Assembly: GCA_019637795.1 (NCBI GenBank)
Contig: JAHBUY010000002.1
Location: forward strand, 969,606 to 1,033,605
Source: a bacterium
GTDB lineage: Bacteria; Desulfobacterota; Binatia; HRBIN30; CADEER01
Direction of reading: 5' to 3'
DNA: 64,000 nucleotides
Numbering within the stretch: the first letter of the stretch is position 1; every line of letters begins with the position of its first letter. This document shows positions 1 through 8,825 of this stretch, piece by piece. A model generated the notes under the pieces. The model worked only from the letters and a program-made list of their open reading frames with translations. It was not told the DNA's origin and made no database searches. A program made the position numbers and the translations under genes.

Positions 1-45
1 CCCGGTCGCTATGGCTCCCGGCCGCGGTTCAGGCGGATGGCCAGC

Positions 46-258
46 TCATCTGCTGTCCTGCGCCGCCAGGGTGCCCTGCATGAAGTCGAGCAGCTCGGGA
101 ACGCTGGCGAAGCGGGCGGCGCGACCGGAGAGGACGTGCTCGACGCGTCCGACCACCGCTCCGGCCGCCGGGTCGAACCCCGTCGCGAGCTGGATGACGA
201 AGGCGGCGTATGGAACCAGCTTGGGCGGCAGGTCCGGAGTCGAAGCGGAATTCGTCAT
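46..258 (-). CDS. small hypothetical protein (70 aa)
   Basis: Intact ORF with ordinary, non-repetitive amino-acid composition. It lies 47 nt downstream of the regulator gene on the same strand. No recognisable domain. Confidence 0.25.
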   Translation of the reverse strand: MTNSASTPDLPPKLVPYAAFVIQLATGFDPAAGAVVGRVEHVLSGRAARFASVPELLDFMQGTLAAQDSR

Positions 259-304
259 GGCCGCGACGGTAGCCGCAGGCCGGATGCGAAGTCCTTACGA
301 AGTT

Positions 305-3265
305 CTAAAGCTTTTCCAAATCGTCGCGCAGGGCCCTGGCCGTCCGCACGTCGAGAAGCTCGAACCCCTCGCCGAACCAGCCGTAGATGCCGGACAGGAG
401 ATCGCGCGCCGCGATCCGACGGCCCTGCTCGCGCCACAGGCGCGCCAGTCCGGTGGCGGCTTTCAGCTCGAGCCACTTGGCCTTCTGCTCGCGCGCGACG
501 TCGATCGCCCCGTTGAACCCCCGCTCCGCGTCGCCGTTTCGCCCCAGGGCGCGATCGATCTCCGCGCCCAGCCGCAGGACCTCGGGCGCATGCCAGTGCC
601 CGCCGCAGCGGGCGATGTAGGCCGCCGCCTCGTCGATCGCCGTTCGCGCCTCGTCGAGACGGCCGGTGAGCAGAAGGGCATTGGCCAGCATGGCCTTCCA
701 CACCGAACCCGCATCGGGAGCGATCCCAGGATCCTTCCGCAGCCGCCGGACGGCCAATGCGCCCTCGCCGTGGGCGAGGAGCTCCGTTGCCTCGGCCATC
801 GTCGCCAGATTCCGCCAGTTCCGGTGCCCGGTGAGATGCGCCAGCGCGCGGATCTTCGCCGCTCCCTCGGCCGCCACACCGCCCTCGAATGTCAGCCCGG
901 CGACCCGTTGCTGACGGGCGAGCACATAGAACTCCGTATAGGGGTGCCCCAGCGCTTCGGAACGGGCGCACAGGTCGCGGAAGGCGCGCAACGCCTGATC
1001 GGGAAAACCGAGAGCCAGGCGGGCGAACGCGATGTCGGCGGCGGCCGCGAGGTGGAACGCCACCGGCGCGCCCGGCACCAGCGGGGGAAGCTGGAGGGCC
1101 GGCGTCAGATTCTCGACCGCCGACTCGTAGCGACCGCGGGCCAGCTCGACATAGCCTTCCAGGTAGCGCACCACCGGTTCGGCGCCGCGCAGAGCCGGCT
1201 CGGCGTCGAGGCGCCGCATCTGCTCGCGCACGGCATCGGCGGCGCGATCCGGGCGGCCGCAGCCCACGTGGAACGCGACCAGCCCCCCGAGCGCCTGCAT
1301 CGCTTCGAAGGTCGCGACGTCGCCGCGCGCCAGCTCGCCGACGCGGCTGGCGAGCAGCGGCAGCTCGGCGGCGCCAATCCCTTCGCTCTCCATCAGCGGC
1401 CCGATCAGCGCGCCGCGGAGACGCAGCTCGATCTCGTGGCGAGGCGAACCGCTGGGGGCACCCTCGAGGAGCGCGAGGCCCCGGCGTAGCCAGCCCATCG
1501 CCTCCGCGGTGGCGTAGCGGCGCAGGGTCATCCGCGCCGCTTCGTGACACTGGCGGGCGGCGCGCAGGACGTCGCCGCCGCGCTCGAAGTGCAGCGCGAG
1601 CTGCGAGGCGATCTCGGACGCGCGGGCGCCGTACCCGGCTTCCAGCCGCTCCGCGATGCGCAGGTGGAGGGTCGCCCGGCGCGCCGGGGGCACGCGCGCC
1701 GCGAGGACCTGTCGGTAGAGCACGTGACGAAAGGCGAACGACGCAGCGCTGCTCCCGTCGGGCCATGGGCTCGATCGCGCCGCCTCGATGAACTGTCCCG
1801 AGCGCGCCAGACGCGTGCAGAGATCTTCGATCTCCGCCGTGTCCCCGCCCAGCGCGGCGGCGGTCGTTTGCGAGGAGAACACCATGCCCACCAGGCTCGA
1901 GACCTCGAGCGTCTCGCGGGCCCCCGCCGGCAGGCGCTCGAAGCGGTGCTCGATCATGTCGCGCACCGCCGGGGGGACGGCGTCGCGGATCGTGTCGGGC
2001 GAGACCGCGCAGGTCCAGGACCCGTTCTCCTCGCGCAGCCACCCCTCCTGAACGAAGTCGTCCACCGCGGCCTGCAGGAACAACGGATTGCCGGTCGTCT
2101 GCGCCTGCAGCACCTCACACACGTCGGCCGCGAACGCGCCGCGCGGGAAGCGCCACCGCAGGTAGTCGCCGACGGCCTTCGCGTCGAGTCCCTCCAGGGG
2201 GATTTCGAGACATTGCCGCTTCGCCGCCAGCTCGCGCGTCAGCGCGACGATCGGGTGTTGGGCGAGGATGGCGTCGACCGAGCGGTACGTCGCCACCAGC
2301 AGCAACCGCGCCGGCGCGCGCCGCTGCGCCAGGGCGGCGAGCAGGGCGACCGTGGCGGGATCGGACCAGTGCATGTCCTCGAACACGAGGACGAACGGTC
2401 GCTCGCGTGCCAGCACGGCGAGCGCGCTCGACAGCTCGCGGATCATGCGCTCGCTCGTCGACCCGGCCAGGGTCCGCAGGAGATCGGCGCGTTCGTCGCC
2501 GCTCGCCACCCCGGGCAGTTGCACCAGCCAGGCCGGCGCGTGCGATCGCAGCACCCGCTGCACCTCGGCGTCGCCGCACAGGCTCTCCATGGCTTCGAGC
2601 ACCGGCATGTACGGCTCGCCCGGTCCGTACTGCTCGAGGCACTGCCCGCGGCCGAGGAGCGGCGCCGCCGAGGAGCCGCCGCGCGGATCGCGAGCCTCCA
2701 TTGCCGCCGCGCGGCCGTCGACGCCGGCGCAGAACGCGTCGACCAGCGCGGTCTTGCCGATCCCCGGCTCGCCGGTCACGAAGACGAGCTGCCGCCGGCC
2801 CGCCTCGGCCAGCGCGTATGCTCGGCGCAGGGCGGCGACGGCCTCCGAGCGGCCGAAGACGGTTCGAGCTGCCGCGTCATCGAGATCGTGCGAGGACTCG
2901 GGCTCCGGTGTCTCGCCGACGATCGCGATCTGTCCGATCCACCGGTAGCCGCGCCGGTGAGCGGTCTCGATGCAGCGCGGCCGCCTGGCGTCGTCGCCCA
3001 GCGCCTCGCGGAGCTGCGCGACCGCGACGGTCAACACCGCCTCCGAGACGTGGGTGTCGGGCCACACGGCGTCGAGCAGCGCCTGCTTGGTGACGAGCTG
3101 ACCGGCGCAACGGCAGAGGCAGCGCAGCACCTCGTACGCCTTGGGCTTCAGGTCGATCCGCCGCGCTCCGCGCCACAGACACTGACTGCCCTCATCGAGG
3201 CGATACTCGGCCTCCCCCACGAGCTTGGTCATGCCGGACAGGGCCTCGTTGTCGCAGATTCCCAC
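305..3265 (-). CDS. large transcriptional regulator with an OmpR/PhoB-type winged-helix DNA-binding domain, an AAA+ P-loop ATPase and a TPR-like C-terminus (AfsR/EmbR-like architecture)
   Basis: The N-terminus (CLWRGARRIDLKPKAYEVLRCLCRCAGQLVTKQALLDAVWPD) matches the trans_reg_C winged helix. A Walker A motif (GEPGIGKT) and Walker B-like motif (FVLVFEDMHW) are present. The long alpha-helical repeat C-terminus is Leu/Ala-rich. An alternative start lies at Met12. Confidence 0.75.
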   Translation of the reverse strand: MGICDNEALSGMTKLVGEAEYRLDEGSQCLWRGARRIDLKPKAYEVLRCLCRCAGQLVTKQALLDAVWPDTHVSEAVLTVAVAQLREALGDDARRPRCIETAHRRGYRWIGQIAIVGETPEPESSHDLDDAAARTVFGRSEAVAALRRAYALAEAGRRQLVFVTGEPGIGKTALVDAFCAGVDGRAAAMEARDPRGGSSAAPLLGRGQCLEQYGPGEPYMPVLEAMESLCGDAEVQRVLRSHAPAWLVQLPGVASGDERADLLRTLAGSTSERMIRELSSALAVLARERPFVLVFEDMHWSDPATVALLAALAQRRAPARLLLVATYRSVDAILAQHPIVALTRELAAKRQCLEIPLEGLDAKAVGDYLRWRFPRGAFAADVCEVLQAQTTGNPLFLQAAVDDFVQEGWLREENGSWTCAVSPDTIRDAVPPAVRDMIEHRFERLPAGARETLEVSSLVGMVFSSQTTAAALGGDTAEIEDLCTRLARSGQFIEAARSSPWPDGSSAASFAFRHVLYRQVLAARVPPARRATLHLRIAERLEAGYGARASEIASQLALHFERGGDVLRAARQCHEAARMTLRRYATAEAMGWLRRGLALLEGAPSGSPRHEIELRLRGALIGPLMESEGIGAAELPLLASRVGELARGDVATFEAMQALGGLVAFHVGCGRPDRAADAVREQMRRLDAEPALRGAEPVVRYLEGYVELARGRYESAVENLTPALQLPPLVPGAPVAFHLAAAADIAFARLALGFPDQALRAFRDLCARSEALGHPYTEFYVLARQQRVAGLTFEGGVAAEGAAKIRALAHLTGHRNWRNLATMAEATELLAHGEGALAVRRLRKDPGIAPDAGSVWKAMLANALLLTGRLDEARTAIDEAAAYIARCGGHWHAPEVLRLGAEIDRALGRNGDAERGFNGAIDVAREQKAKWLELKAATGLARLWREQGRRIAARDLLSGIYGWFGEGFELLDVRTARALRDDLEKL

Positions 3266-3357
3266 CCGACGATCGAGGCTTGCCGCACGCCGCCTCGAAT
3301 CGCCAGCGAGCGCGGCGCCCGGGCGGGGTCCGGCTCAGGTCGCGCGGAAGGCGAGGC

Positions 3358-4464
3358 TCACGCGCCGCCGTCCGCGATCACCAGCGTGAAGCCGCGCTTG
3401 CCGAAGCGCACGGCGGGGTCGAGGCGGAAGAGCGCCTCGCAGCCGGTGCCGGCGAGGTAGGCGTCGACCGCGGCGCGTTCCGCCGGCGACAGCGCGCGAT
3501 AGGCGTCCAGGGGGCGCTGCACCATCCAGACCGCGTACGGGCTGGTGTAGCGGTTCACCTCGGCGCCGCGCAGCGTCGTGGTGTGGCCGCCGACCATGCG
3601 CGGCGGCTCCTCGCTGCCGGGCGGGCGGGTGGCCGCCCACTCCTCGACGGCGCGCACGGTGTCGAGCAGCAGCGGCACGGCGTCGCGGCCGATCAGCTCG
3701 AGCAGCGGCCGCAGCGTCGGCTGCAGCGCCGCCGGGGCGGCGTATGCGCCGTCCGCATCGGGATCGGGGCAGTTGCAGCGCTGCATCCAGTGGCAGACCA
3801 GCGGCGCGCTCTCGCGCAGGATCTGCCCCGGCACCGCGTCCTGGTAGAGATGGGCATAGAAGGGCCCCATCACCGCGCAGTCGGCGAGCGACGGGCGGCC
3901 GCCGAGCAGGTACGGATGCGCCGCGAAGTGCGCCGACAGCGCCGCCAGCAACTCGCGCGTGTGCGCCTCGATGCCGGGGATCGAGGCCGGAGACACGCCG
4001 AGGAAGCCGATGCTGCCGCCCATGCGGCTGGCGAACCTGTCCGCCGCCACCGGGTCGCCGTTCACCGCCGCGAAGTCGGCGCGCGCCTTGGCGACGCTGG
4101 CGGGAAAGCTCCAGCGGTAGTGCATGGCCGGCAGGACCAGGAACTCGTCGGCGTAGACCTCGAACAGGTAGGCGAGCACGCGCAGCACCGGATCCCGCGG
4201 GTAGAGCGGCGGATCGGGAAAGCGCGCCTCGAGGTGGTCGAGGATGACGCTGGTGTCCTGCCAGGTCTCGTCGCGATCGGTGACGACGATGGGGATGAAC
4301 GACAGCCCGGTGCGCGGCACGATCACCTCGCGGTAGGCGCGCGGCGTCGCCAGCAGCTCCAGGTACGGGATCCGCTTGTAGCGCAGCGCCGGCCGCACCT
4401 TGGCGGTGAAGTACGAGACGTCGGCGCCGTAGAGCCGATAGTAGTGGTCGCGATCGAGGCTCAT
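3358..4464 (-). CDS. glutathione S-transferase family protein (long form, 369 aa)
   Basis: GST N-terminal thioredoxin-like fold (YRLYGADVSYFTAKVRPALRYKRIPYLELL...IPIVVTD). The internal Met (MSLDRD) at 4464 overlaps the stop of the upstream phyH-like gene (ATGA). The ORF upstream of this Met is Arg/Gly-rich junk. Confidence 0.7.
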   Translation of the reverse strand: MSLDRDHYYRLYGADVSYFTAKVRPALRYKRIPYLELLATPRAYREVIVPRTGLSFIPIVVTDRDETWQDTSVILDHLEARFPDPPLYPRDPVLRVLAYLFEVYADEFLVLPAMHYRWSFPASVAKARADFAAVNGDPVAADRFASRMGGSIGFLGVSPASIPGIEAHTRELLAALSAHFAAHPYLLGGRPSLADCAVMGPFYAHLYQDAVPGQILRESAPLVCHWMQRCNCPDPDADGAYAAPAALQPTLRPLLELIGRDAVPLLLDTVRAVEEWAATRPPGSEEPPRMVGGHTTTLRGAEVNRYTSPYAVWMVQRPLDAYRALSPAERAAVDAYLAGTGCEALFRLDPAVRFGKRGFTLVIADGGA

Positions 4465-5276
4465 CCGGCGACCACGTCCCAGACCATCGTCGTCTCCGGG
4501 GAACGCCCGAGCAGCTCCATCGGATGCGTCTTGTCGATGTGACCGATCAGGCCGTTGTACAGCGAGTAGCCGACCAGCTCCTGCAGGCGCGGCGCGAAGC
4601 GGGCCGCGATCTGGCGCGGAATGCCGAGCTGCTGGTTCTCCTGCTGGCGGATGAAGCCGGCGCAGTAGTTCATGGCGATGCCGATGCGCCGGGCCGCGGT
4701 GCGGTTGGCGCCGCCGCCGTGCCACAGGCTGCCGTTGTACACCATGACGCTGCCCTTGGGCATTTCCGCCGGCTTGCTGTCGTACCGGCCGAAGTAGTCC
4801 GGCAGCTCGGCCAGCTTGTGCGAGCCGGGGACGATGCGCGTGGCGCCGTTGGCATCGGTGAAGTCGGTGAGCGCCCACATGGTGTTGCAGACCAGCGGCA
4901 CGTGCGGCCGCGGGATCGGAATCAGTTGGTCGTCGGCGTGCAGCGGCTGCGGCTTCTCGTCGTTGCAGATCGCGATCGACGACAGCGACGACACCAGGCA
5001 GCCGGGATCGAGCACCCGCTCGACGATCGGCAGGATGTTCTCGTGCACCGGAATGCGCTCGTACAGGGCGCCGTGGACGAGCAGGTTGTAGATGCGCACC
5101 GTCTTCGTGCCCTCGAAGCGGTTCTTCGCCGGCACGATCCCGAGCTCGCGCTCGAGACGGCCGAGATCCTCGACCAGGGCGTCGACGAAGTCCGGCTCGA
5201 TGGCGCGCTCGACGATCGAGTAGCCGTCGTTCTCGATGTTGCTGACGTGGCGTTGGATGGTGGCGAGGTCGAGCAT
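4461..5276 (-). CDS. phytanoyl-CoA dioxygenase (PhyH) family Fe(II)/2-oxoglutarate oxygenase
   Basis: PhyH-like sequence (LDLATIQRH...YSIVERAI...ATRIVPGSH...GSLWHGGGANRT). The Met at 5276 is preceded by a GGGGGA Shine-Dalgarno-like stretch. Translationally coupled to the downstream GST gene. Confidence 0.7.
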   Translation of the reverse strand: MLDLATIQRHVSNIENDGYSIVERAIEPDFVDALVEDLGRLERELGIVPAKNRFEGTKTVRIYNLLVHGALYERIPVHENILPIVERVLDPGCLVSSLSSIAICNDEKPQPLHADDQLIPIPRPHVPLVCNTMWALTDFTDANGATRIVPGSHKLAELPDYFGRYDSKPAEMPKGSVMVYNGSLWHGGGANRTAARRIGIAMNYCAGFIRQQENQQLGIPRQIAARFAPRLQELVGYSLYNGLIGHIDKTHPMELLGRSPETTMVWDVVAG

Positions 5277-5368
5277 CGGCAATCCCCCGGAAGCGCTATC
5301 AACCACAGCGGAGCGCGGAGGTACACCGGGGGAGGAGCACGTTGCTCCAACTGGTGCGGTAGTGCAGG

Positions 5369-6160
5369 GTGCAGGGAATGCGCCTCGCTCTCCTCCTGCT
5401 CGCCGCCCTCGCCGCCGCGCCGGCGGCGGCCCAATCGTGCCCGGGCGACTGCAACGGCGACGGCCAGGTGCGGGTGGAGGAGATGATCGTCGGCGTCCGC
5501 ATCGCTCTCGGCGAGGCCGCGCTCGGCGACTGCCCGGCCTTCGACGCCAGCGGCGACGGCGAGCTGTCGATCAACGAGCTGGTGCTGGCGGTGGCCAACC
5601 TGCTCGCCGGCTGCCCGGCGACGCCGGAGCCGACCGCCACGGACCCGGCGCCCGCGACCCCGACGGTCCCGACCCCCACGGCGCCAACCCCGACGGCGCC
5701 AACTCCGACGGTCGCCGACACGCCGGCCGCGCCGGCGACGCCGACCGCCACCCCGACCATCCCGCCGGTGTCCGGGACCTGGATCGAAGCGCCGCTCGTC
5801 GTCGGCGATTCGACCTGCGCCGAGCCGCTCACCGCCGCGTTCGTCGAGGAGCTGGCGGGCCGCGGGCCGTGCGCGCAGGCGGTCGAGCAGACCGGCGAGA
5901 CCAGCGCGCGCGTCACCGACTGCAGCCAGCAGGTGGTGGACGGCACGCTCGATCGCGACGGCACCATCCGTCTCACCTTCCCGCCCAGCGAGAGCTCGGT
6001 GGCGAACTGCACCCTGACGCTCCGCATCAGCTCCGTGATCGCGGCGGGAGCGGCTCCGGTCACCGCCGACTACGCCTTCGCGCTCAGCTTCGGCGGCGAC
6101 GCCTGCCCGCTCGACGACTGCGCCATCGACGCCACCGCCACCTGGACGCGCGCCGAATAG
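5369..6160 (+). CDS. secreted protein with two dockerin/EF-hand-like Ca-binding repeats and a Pro/Thr linker
   Basis: Signal peptide (MRLALLLLAALAAAPAAAQS). Two repeats DCNGDGQVRVEEMIVGV and DASGDGELSINELVLAV of the D-x-N/S-G-D-G type. A (PT)n linker TPTAPTPTAPTPT, then a Cys-containing C-terminal domain. Confidence 0.6.
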   Translation: MQGMRLALLLLAALAAAPAAAQSCPGDCNGDGQVRVEEMIVGVRIALGEAALGDCPAFDASGDGELSINELVLAVANLLAGCPATPEPTATDPAPATPTVPTPTAPTPTAPTPTVADTPAAPATPTATPTIPPVSGTWIEAPLVVGDSTCAEPLTAAFVEELAGRGPCAQAVEQTGETSARVTDCSQQVVDGTLDRDGTIRLTFPPSESSVANCTLTLRISSVIAAGAAPVTADYAFALSFGGDACPLDDCAIDATATWTRAE

Positions 6161-6167
6161 CGAGCGC

Positions 6168-6848
6168 TCAGCGGCGGCGCAGGATGAGCCCGACGACGAC
6201 GGCGATGATGCGCACGGTGTCGCCCCACGGCCGATAGTGGCTGATCCGCTCGGCGGCCGGCGGATAGTAGACGTCGACCGGCACCGAGACGATCTCCACC
6301 CCGGCGCGCGCGGCCCGGATCAGCACCTCGGTCTCGAAGGCGAACCGCCCGGCGGTGGCGCCGAGCCGCAGGGTGTCGGCCAGCGGGTAGACGCGAAAGC
6401 CGGACTGCGTGTCCGGCAGCGCCTGGCCGCAGGCGATCTCGACCCAGCGGTTGGCGAAGCGGTTGCCGAAGAGCTTGATCGGCGTCACCTCCTGGTCGCC
6501 GATGCGGCGGGCGCCGACGATCAACGCCCGCGGCGCCGCCGCCGACGCCGCCAGCAGGGCCGGAATCTCGCGCCCCAGGTGCTGGCCGTCGCCGTCCATG
6601 GTCAGCGCGTGGGTGACCCCCTCGCCCGCCAGGCGCGCGAAGCCGGCGCGCAACGCCTCGCCCTTGCCGCGGTTCACGGGCTGGCAGAGCACGGCCGCCC
6701 CGGCGGCCTCGGCCCGCGCCGCCGTGTCGTCGCGCGACCCGTCGTCGACCACCAGCACCCGATCGACGTGGCGCCGCGCGCCGCCGACCACGTCGGCGAT
6801 CGTCGCCGCGCAGTCGTAGGCCGGAATCAGCACCGCGCAGCGTCGCAT
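6168..6848 (-). CDS. family 2 glycosyltransferase (polyprenyl-phosphate sugar transferase-like)
   Basis: GT2 signature (VLIPAYDCAATIADVV...VLVVDDGSRDDT...MDGDGQH...QSGFRVYP). The ATG at 6846-6848 was verified in the sequence. Confidence 0.8.
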   Translation of the reverse strand: MRRCAVLIPAYDCAATIADVVGGARRHVDRVLVVDDGSRDDTAARAEAAGAAVLCQPVNRGKGEALRAGFARLAGEGVTHALTMDGDGQHLGREIPALLAASAAAPRALIVGARRIGDQEVTPIKLFGNRFANRWVEIACGQALPDTQSGFRVYPLADTLRLGATAGRFAFETEVLIRAARAGVEIVSVPVDVYYPPAAERISHYRPWGDTVRIIAVVVGLILRRR

Positions 6849-6996
6849 CGCCCGAACTTTTCACACGCGGCGGCGGAGCGACAGAGGCGGCCCGGCGCGG
6901 CCTCGCCACCGCCGTTGCGCCGTCTCTCCCCGTGGATCCTCGTTGCGCGGCGAGGCTGAATTGAGGGCGCCGCGCGGGCTATGCTAGCGCCACGCG

Positions 6997-7977
6997 ATGA
7001 CCGCCCCCTCCGCCCCCGTCGCCGCGCGCCTGCGCGCGGCGCTGCGCTTCGACGGCATCTGGTGGCGGAAGCTCGCCTGGCTGGGCTGCGTCTACGGCCC
7101 CGAATGGTGGAAGCAGGGCTCGCCGCCGCTGATCGCGGCGCTCATCTACGCCGGCGTCGGCCGCAACCGCCGCGGCGCCGTCACAAACCTGCAGCGCGTT
7201 CTCGGCGACCCCGATCCGCGGCGGGCGCGCCAGATGGCGCTGCGCATGTACGCCGAGTTCGCCCGCTGCATGACCGAGACGCTGGAGCACTTCGGACCCC
7301 GCCCGCAACCGGTGCGGATCGACGAGCCGACCCGCGACGTCGTCGGCGAGGCCCTGGCCGAGGGCCGCGGCCTGGTGCTGGTGACCGGCCACGTCGGCAA
7401 CTGGGACGTCGCCGCCCGCACCCTCGAGCAGTACGACCGCCCGTTCAACCTGGTGATGGCGCACGAGCGCAACGCCACCACCAGCGCCTACGCGCGCGCC
7501 ATCCGCGAGCGCGCCGGCATGCGGGTGATCTACTCCGACACCTCGGTGTTCTCGTCGCTCAACATGATCCGCGCCCTGCGCGACAACGAGATCGTCGCCA
7601 TCCAGCTCGACCGCACCCTCGGCGTCGGCACCACCCGCATGGTCGAGTTCTTCGGCGCCCCGGCGCCGTTCCCGACCGGGCCGTTCGTTCTCGCCCGCCT
7701 CGCCGGCGCGCCGCTGCTGCCGGTCTTCTTCCCGCGCCTCGGCACCCGCCACTACGCCATCCGCCTCGGCACCCGCCTGACCCTGCCGCGCGACGCCGGC
7801 GACGCGCCGGCGCTGGCGCGCGCCATGCGCGCCGTCGCCGCCGAGCTCGAGGACGTCATCCGCGAGTTCCCGCACCAGTGGTTCCAGTTCGCGCCCTTCT
7901 GGCCGGAGGACGCCGCCCCGAGCGCGCGCCAGCGACCGGCCGACCGCGACGCGCGAGTGCGCGGCCGGCGCGACTAG
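6997..7977 (+). CDS. lipid A biosynthesis (Kdo2-lipid IVA) lauroyl/myristoyl-type acyltransferase family protein (LpxL/HtrB-like)
   Basis: Lip_A_acyltrans features (WWRKLAWLGCVYGPEWW...LVTGHVGNWD...). It is divergent from the GT2 gene. Confidence 0.7.
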   Translation: MTAPSAPVAARLRAALRFDGIWWRKLAWLGCVYGPEWWKQGSPPLIAALIYAGVGRNRRGAVTNLQRVLGDPDPRRARQMALRMYAEFARCMTETLEHFGPRPQPVRIDEPTRDVVGEALAEGRGLVLVTGHVGNWDVAARTLEQYDRPFNLVMAHERNATTSAYARAIRERAGMRVIYSDTSVFSSLNMIRALRDNEIVAIQLDRTLGVGTTRMVEFFGAPAPFPTGPFVLARLAGAPLLPVFFPRLGTRHYAIRLGTRLTLPRDAGDAPALARAMRAVAAELEDVIREFPHQWFQFAPFWPEDAAPSARQRPADRDARVRGRRD

Positions 7978-8014
7978 TCCAGGAGTCGACCAGGATTGCC
8001 GGGAGCGCGTGATG

Positions 8015-8743
8015 CTAGGCCGCCAGCTCGGCGGCGATCTGCGCCCGCACCGTCTCGCGCAGGCGGTCGCGGTCCTCGTACGTCAGGCCGGCGGTGGCGA
8101 TCGGCGGCAGGATCACCAGCTCGGCCGAACCGGGGAGAATCGAGAGATACTGCCCCTTGGGCATGATGCGGGTCGTCCCCTTGCAGACCACGGGGACGAT
8201 GGGGACGCCGAGTTGGATGGCGGCGACGAAGGCGCCCTTGCGGAACGGCAGCAGCTCGCCGTCGGCGCTGCGCGTCCCTTCCGGGAAGATCACCAGCGAG
8301 CCGCCGTCGAGCGTCACCTTCTGCAGCCGCTCGATGGAGGCCAGGGGATCGTCGCGATCGATGGGAATCATCCCCATGGTGCGGAGCACGGCGCCGAGGA
8401 TCGGCTCGGCGAACATCTCGCGCTTGGCGGCGAACCGGGTCACCCCTGGCAGGAGGCCGAGCAGGGCGGCGATGTCGAAGTGGCTCTGGTGGTTGGGTGC
8501 GAAGATGTACGGCCCGGGGCCGAGCTGTTCGCGCCCGCGCACCCGGATGCGCACGCCGCACACCCGCATGAGGTTGCGCGCCTGCAGCTTGGCGAAGCGC
8601 CACGCCAGCGGCCGGCTGATCTGGTACAGGCCGATGGCCACCAGTCCGGACGAGAACAGCATGGCGCGGAAGAGCACGCGGTTGAGGGCGACGCGCAACC
8701 GCGTCGGCTCGGCGGCGCTGACGGCAACGGCATCGGCGGGCAT
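8015..8743 (-). CDS. plsC: 1-acyl-sn-glycerol-3-phosphate acyltransferase (PlsC family)
   Basis: HxxxxD motif (NHQSHFDI) and FPEGTRS motif. The Met (MPADAVAVS) at 8743 was verified. The 30 residues annotated upstream of this Met mirror the neighbouring gene because of a perfect palindrome and are not considered coding. Confidence 0.8.
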   Translation of the reverse strand: MPADAVAVSAAEPTRLRVALNRVLFRAMLFSSGLVAIGLYQISRPLAWRFAKLQARNLMRVCGVRIRVRGREQLGPGPYIFAPNHQSHFDIAALLGLLPGVTRFAAKREMFAEPILGAVLRTMGMIPIDRDDPLASIERLQKVTLDGGSLVIFPEGTRSADGELLPFRKGAFVAAIQLGVPIVPVVCKGTTRIMPKGQYLSILPGSAELVILPPIATAGLTYEDRDRLRETVRAQIAAELAA

Positions 8744-8746
8744 GCG

Positions 8747-8822
8747 GGTAGCAGTATCCAGCGCCCTCCGGCGGGGCAAGATACGCGGCTTGCCCCGCCG
8801 GAGGGCGCTGGATACTGCTACC
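8747..8822. promoter_or_regulatory. perfect 76-bp palindrome (34-bp arms, 8-bp loop) exactly filling the gap between divergent start codons
   Basis: The arm GGTAGCAGTATCCAGCGCCCTCCGGCGGGGCAAG (8747-8780) and the arm 8789-8822 are exact reverse complements. The loop is ATACGCGG. Three nt separate each end from the plsC ATG (8743) and the rSAM GTG (8826). Symmetric GATACT hexamers (-10-like) lie about 10 bp from each start. Confidence 0.6.
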
Positions 8823-8825
8823 GGC

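Noticed and set aside
11-1489. 492-aa plus-strand ORF, and 595-aa and 638-aa ORFs overlapping the regulator gene
   Set aside because: Arg/Ala/Gly/Pro-rich low-complexity translations that are antisense or out of frame to a well-supported wHTH-AAA-TPR gene. This is the typical high-GC frame artifact.
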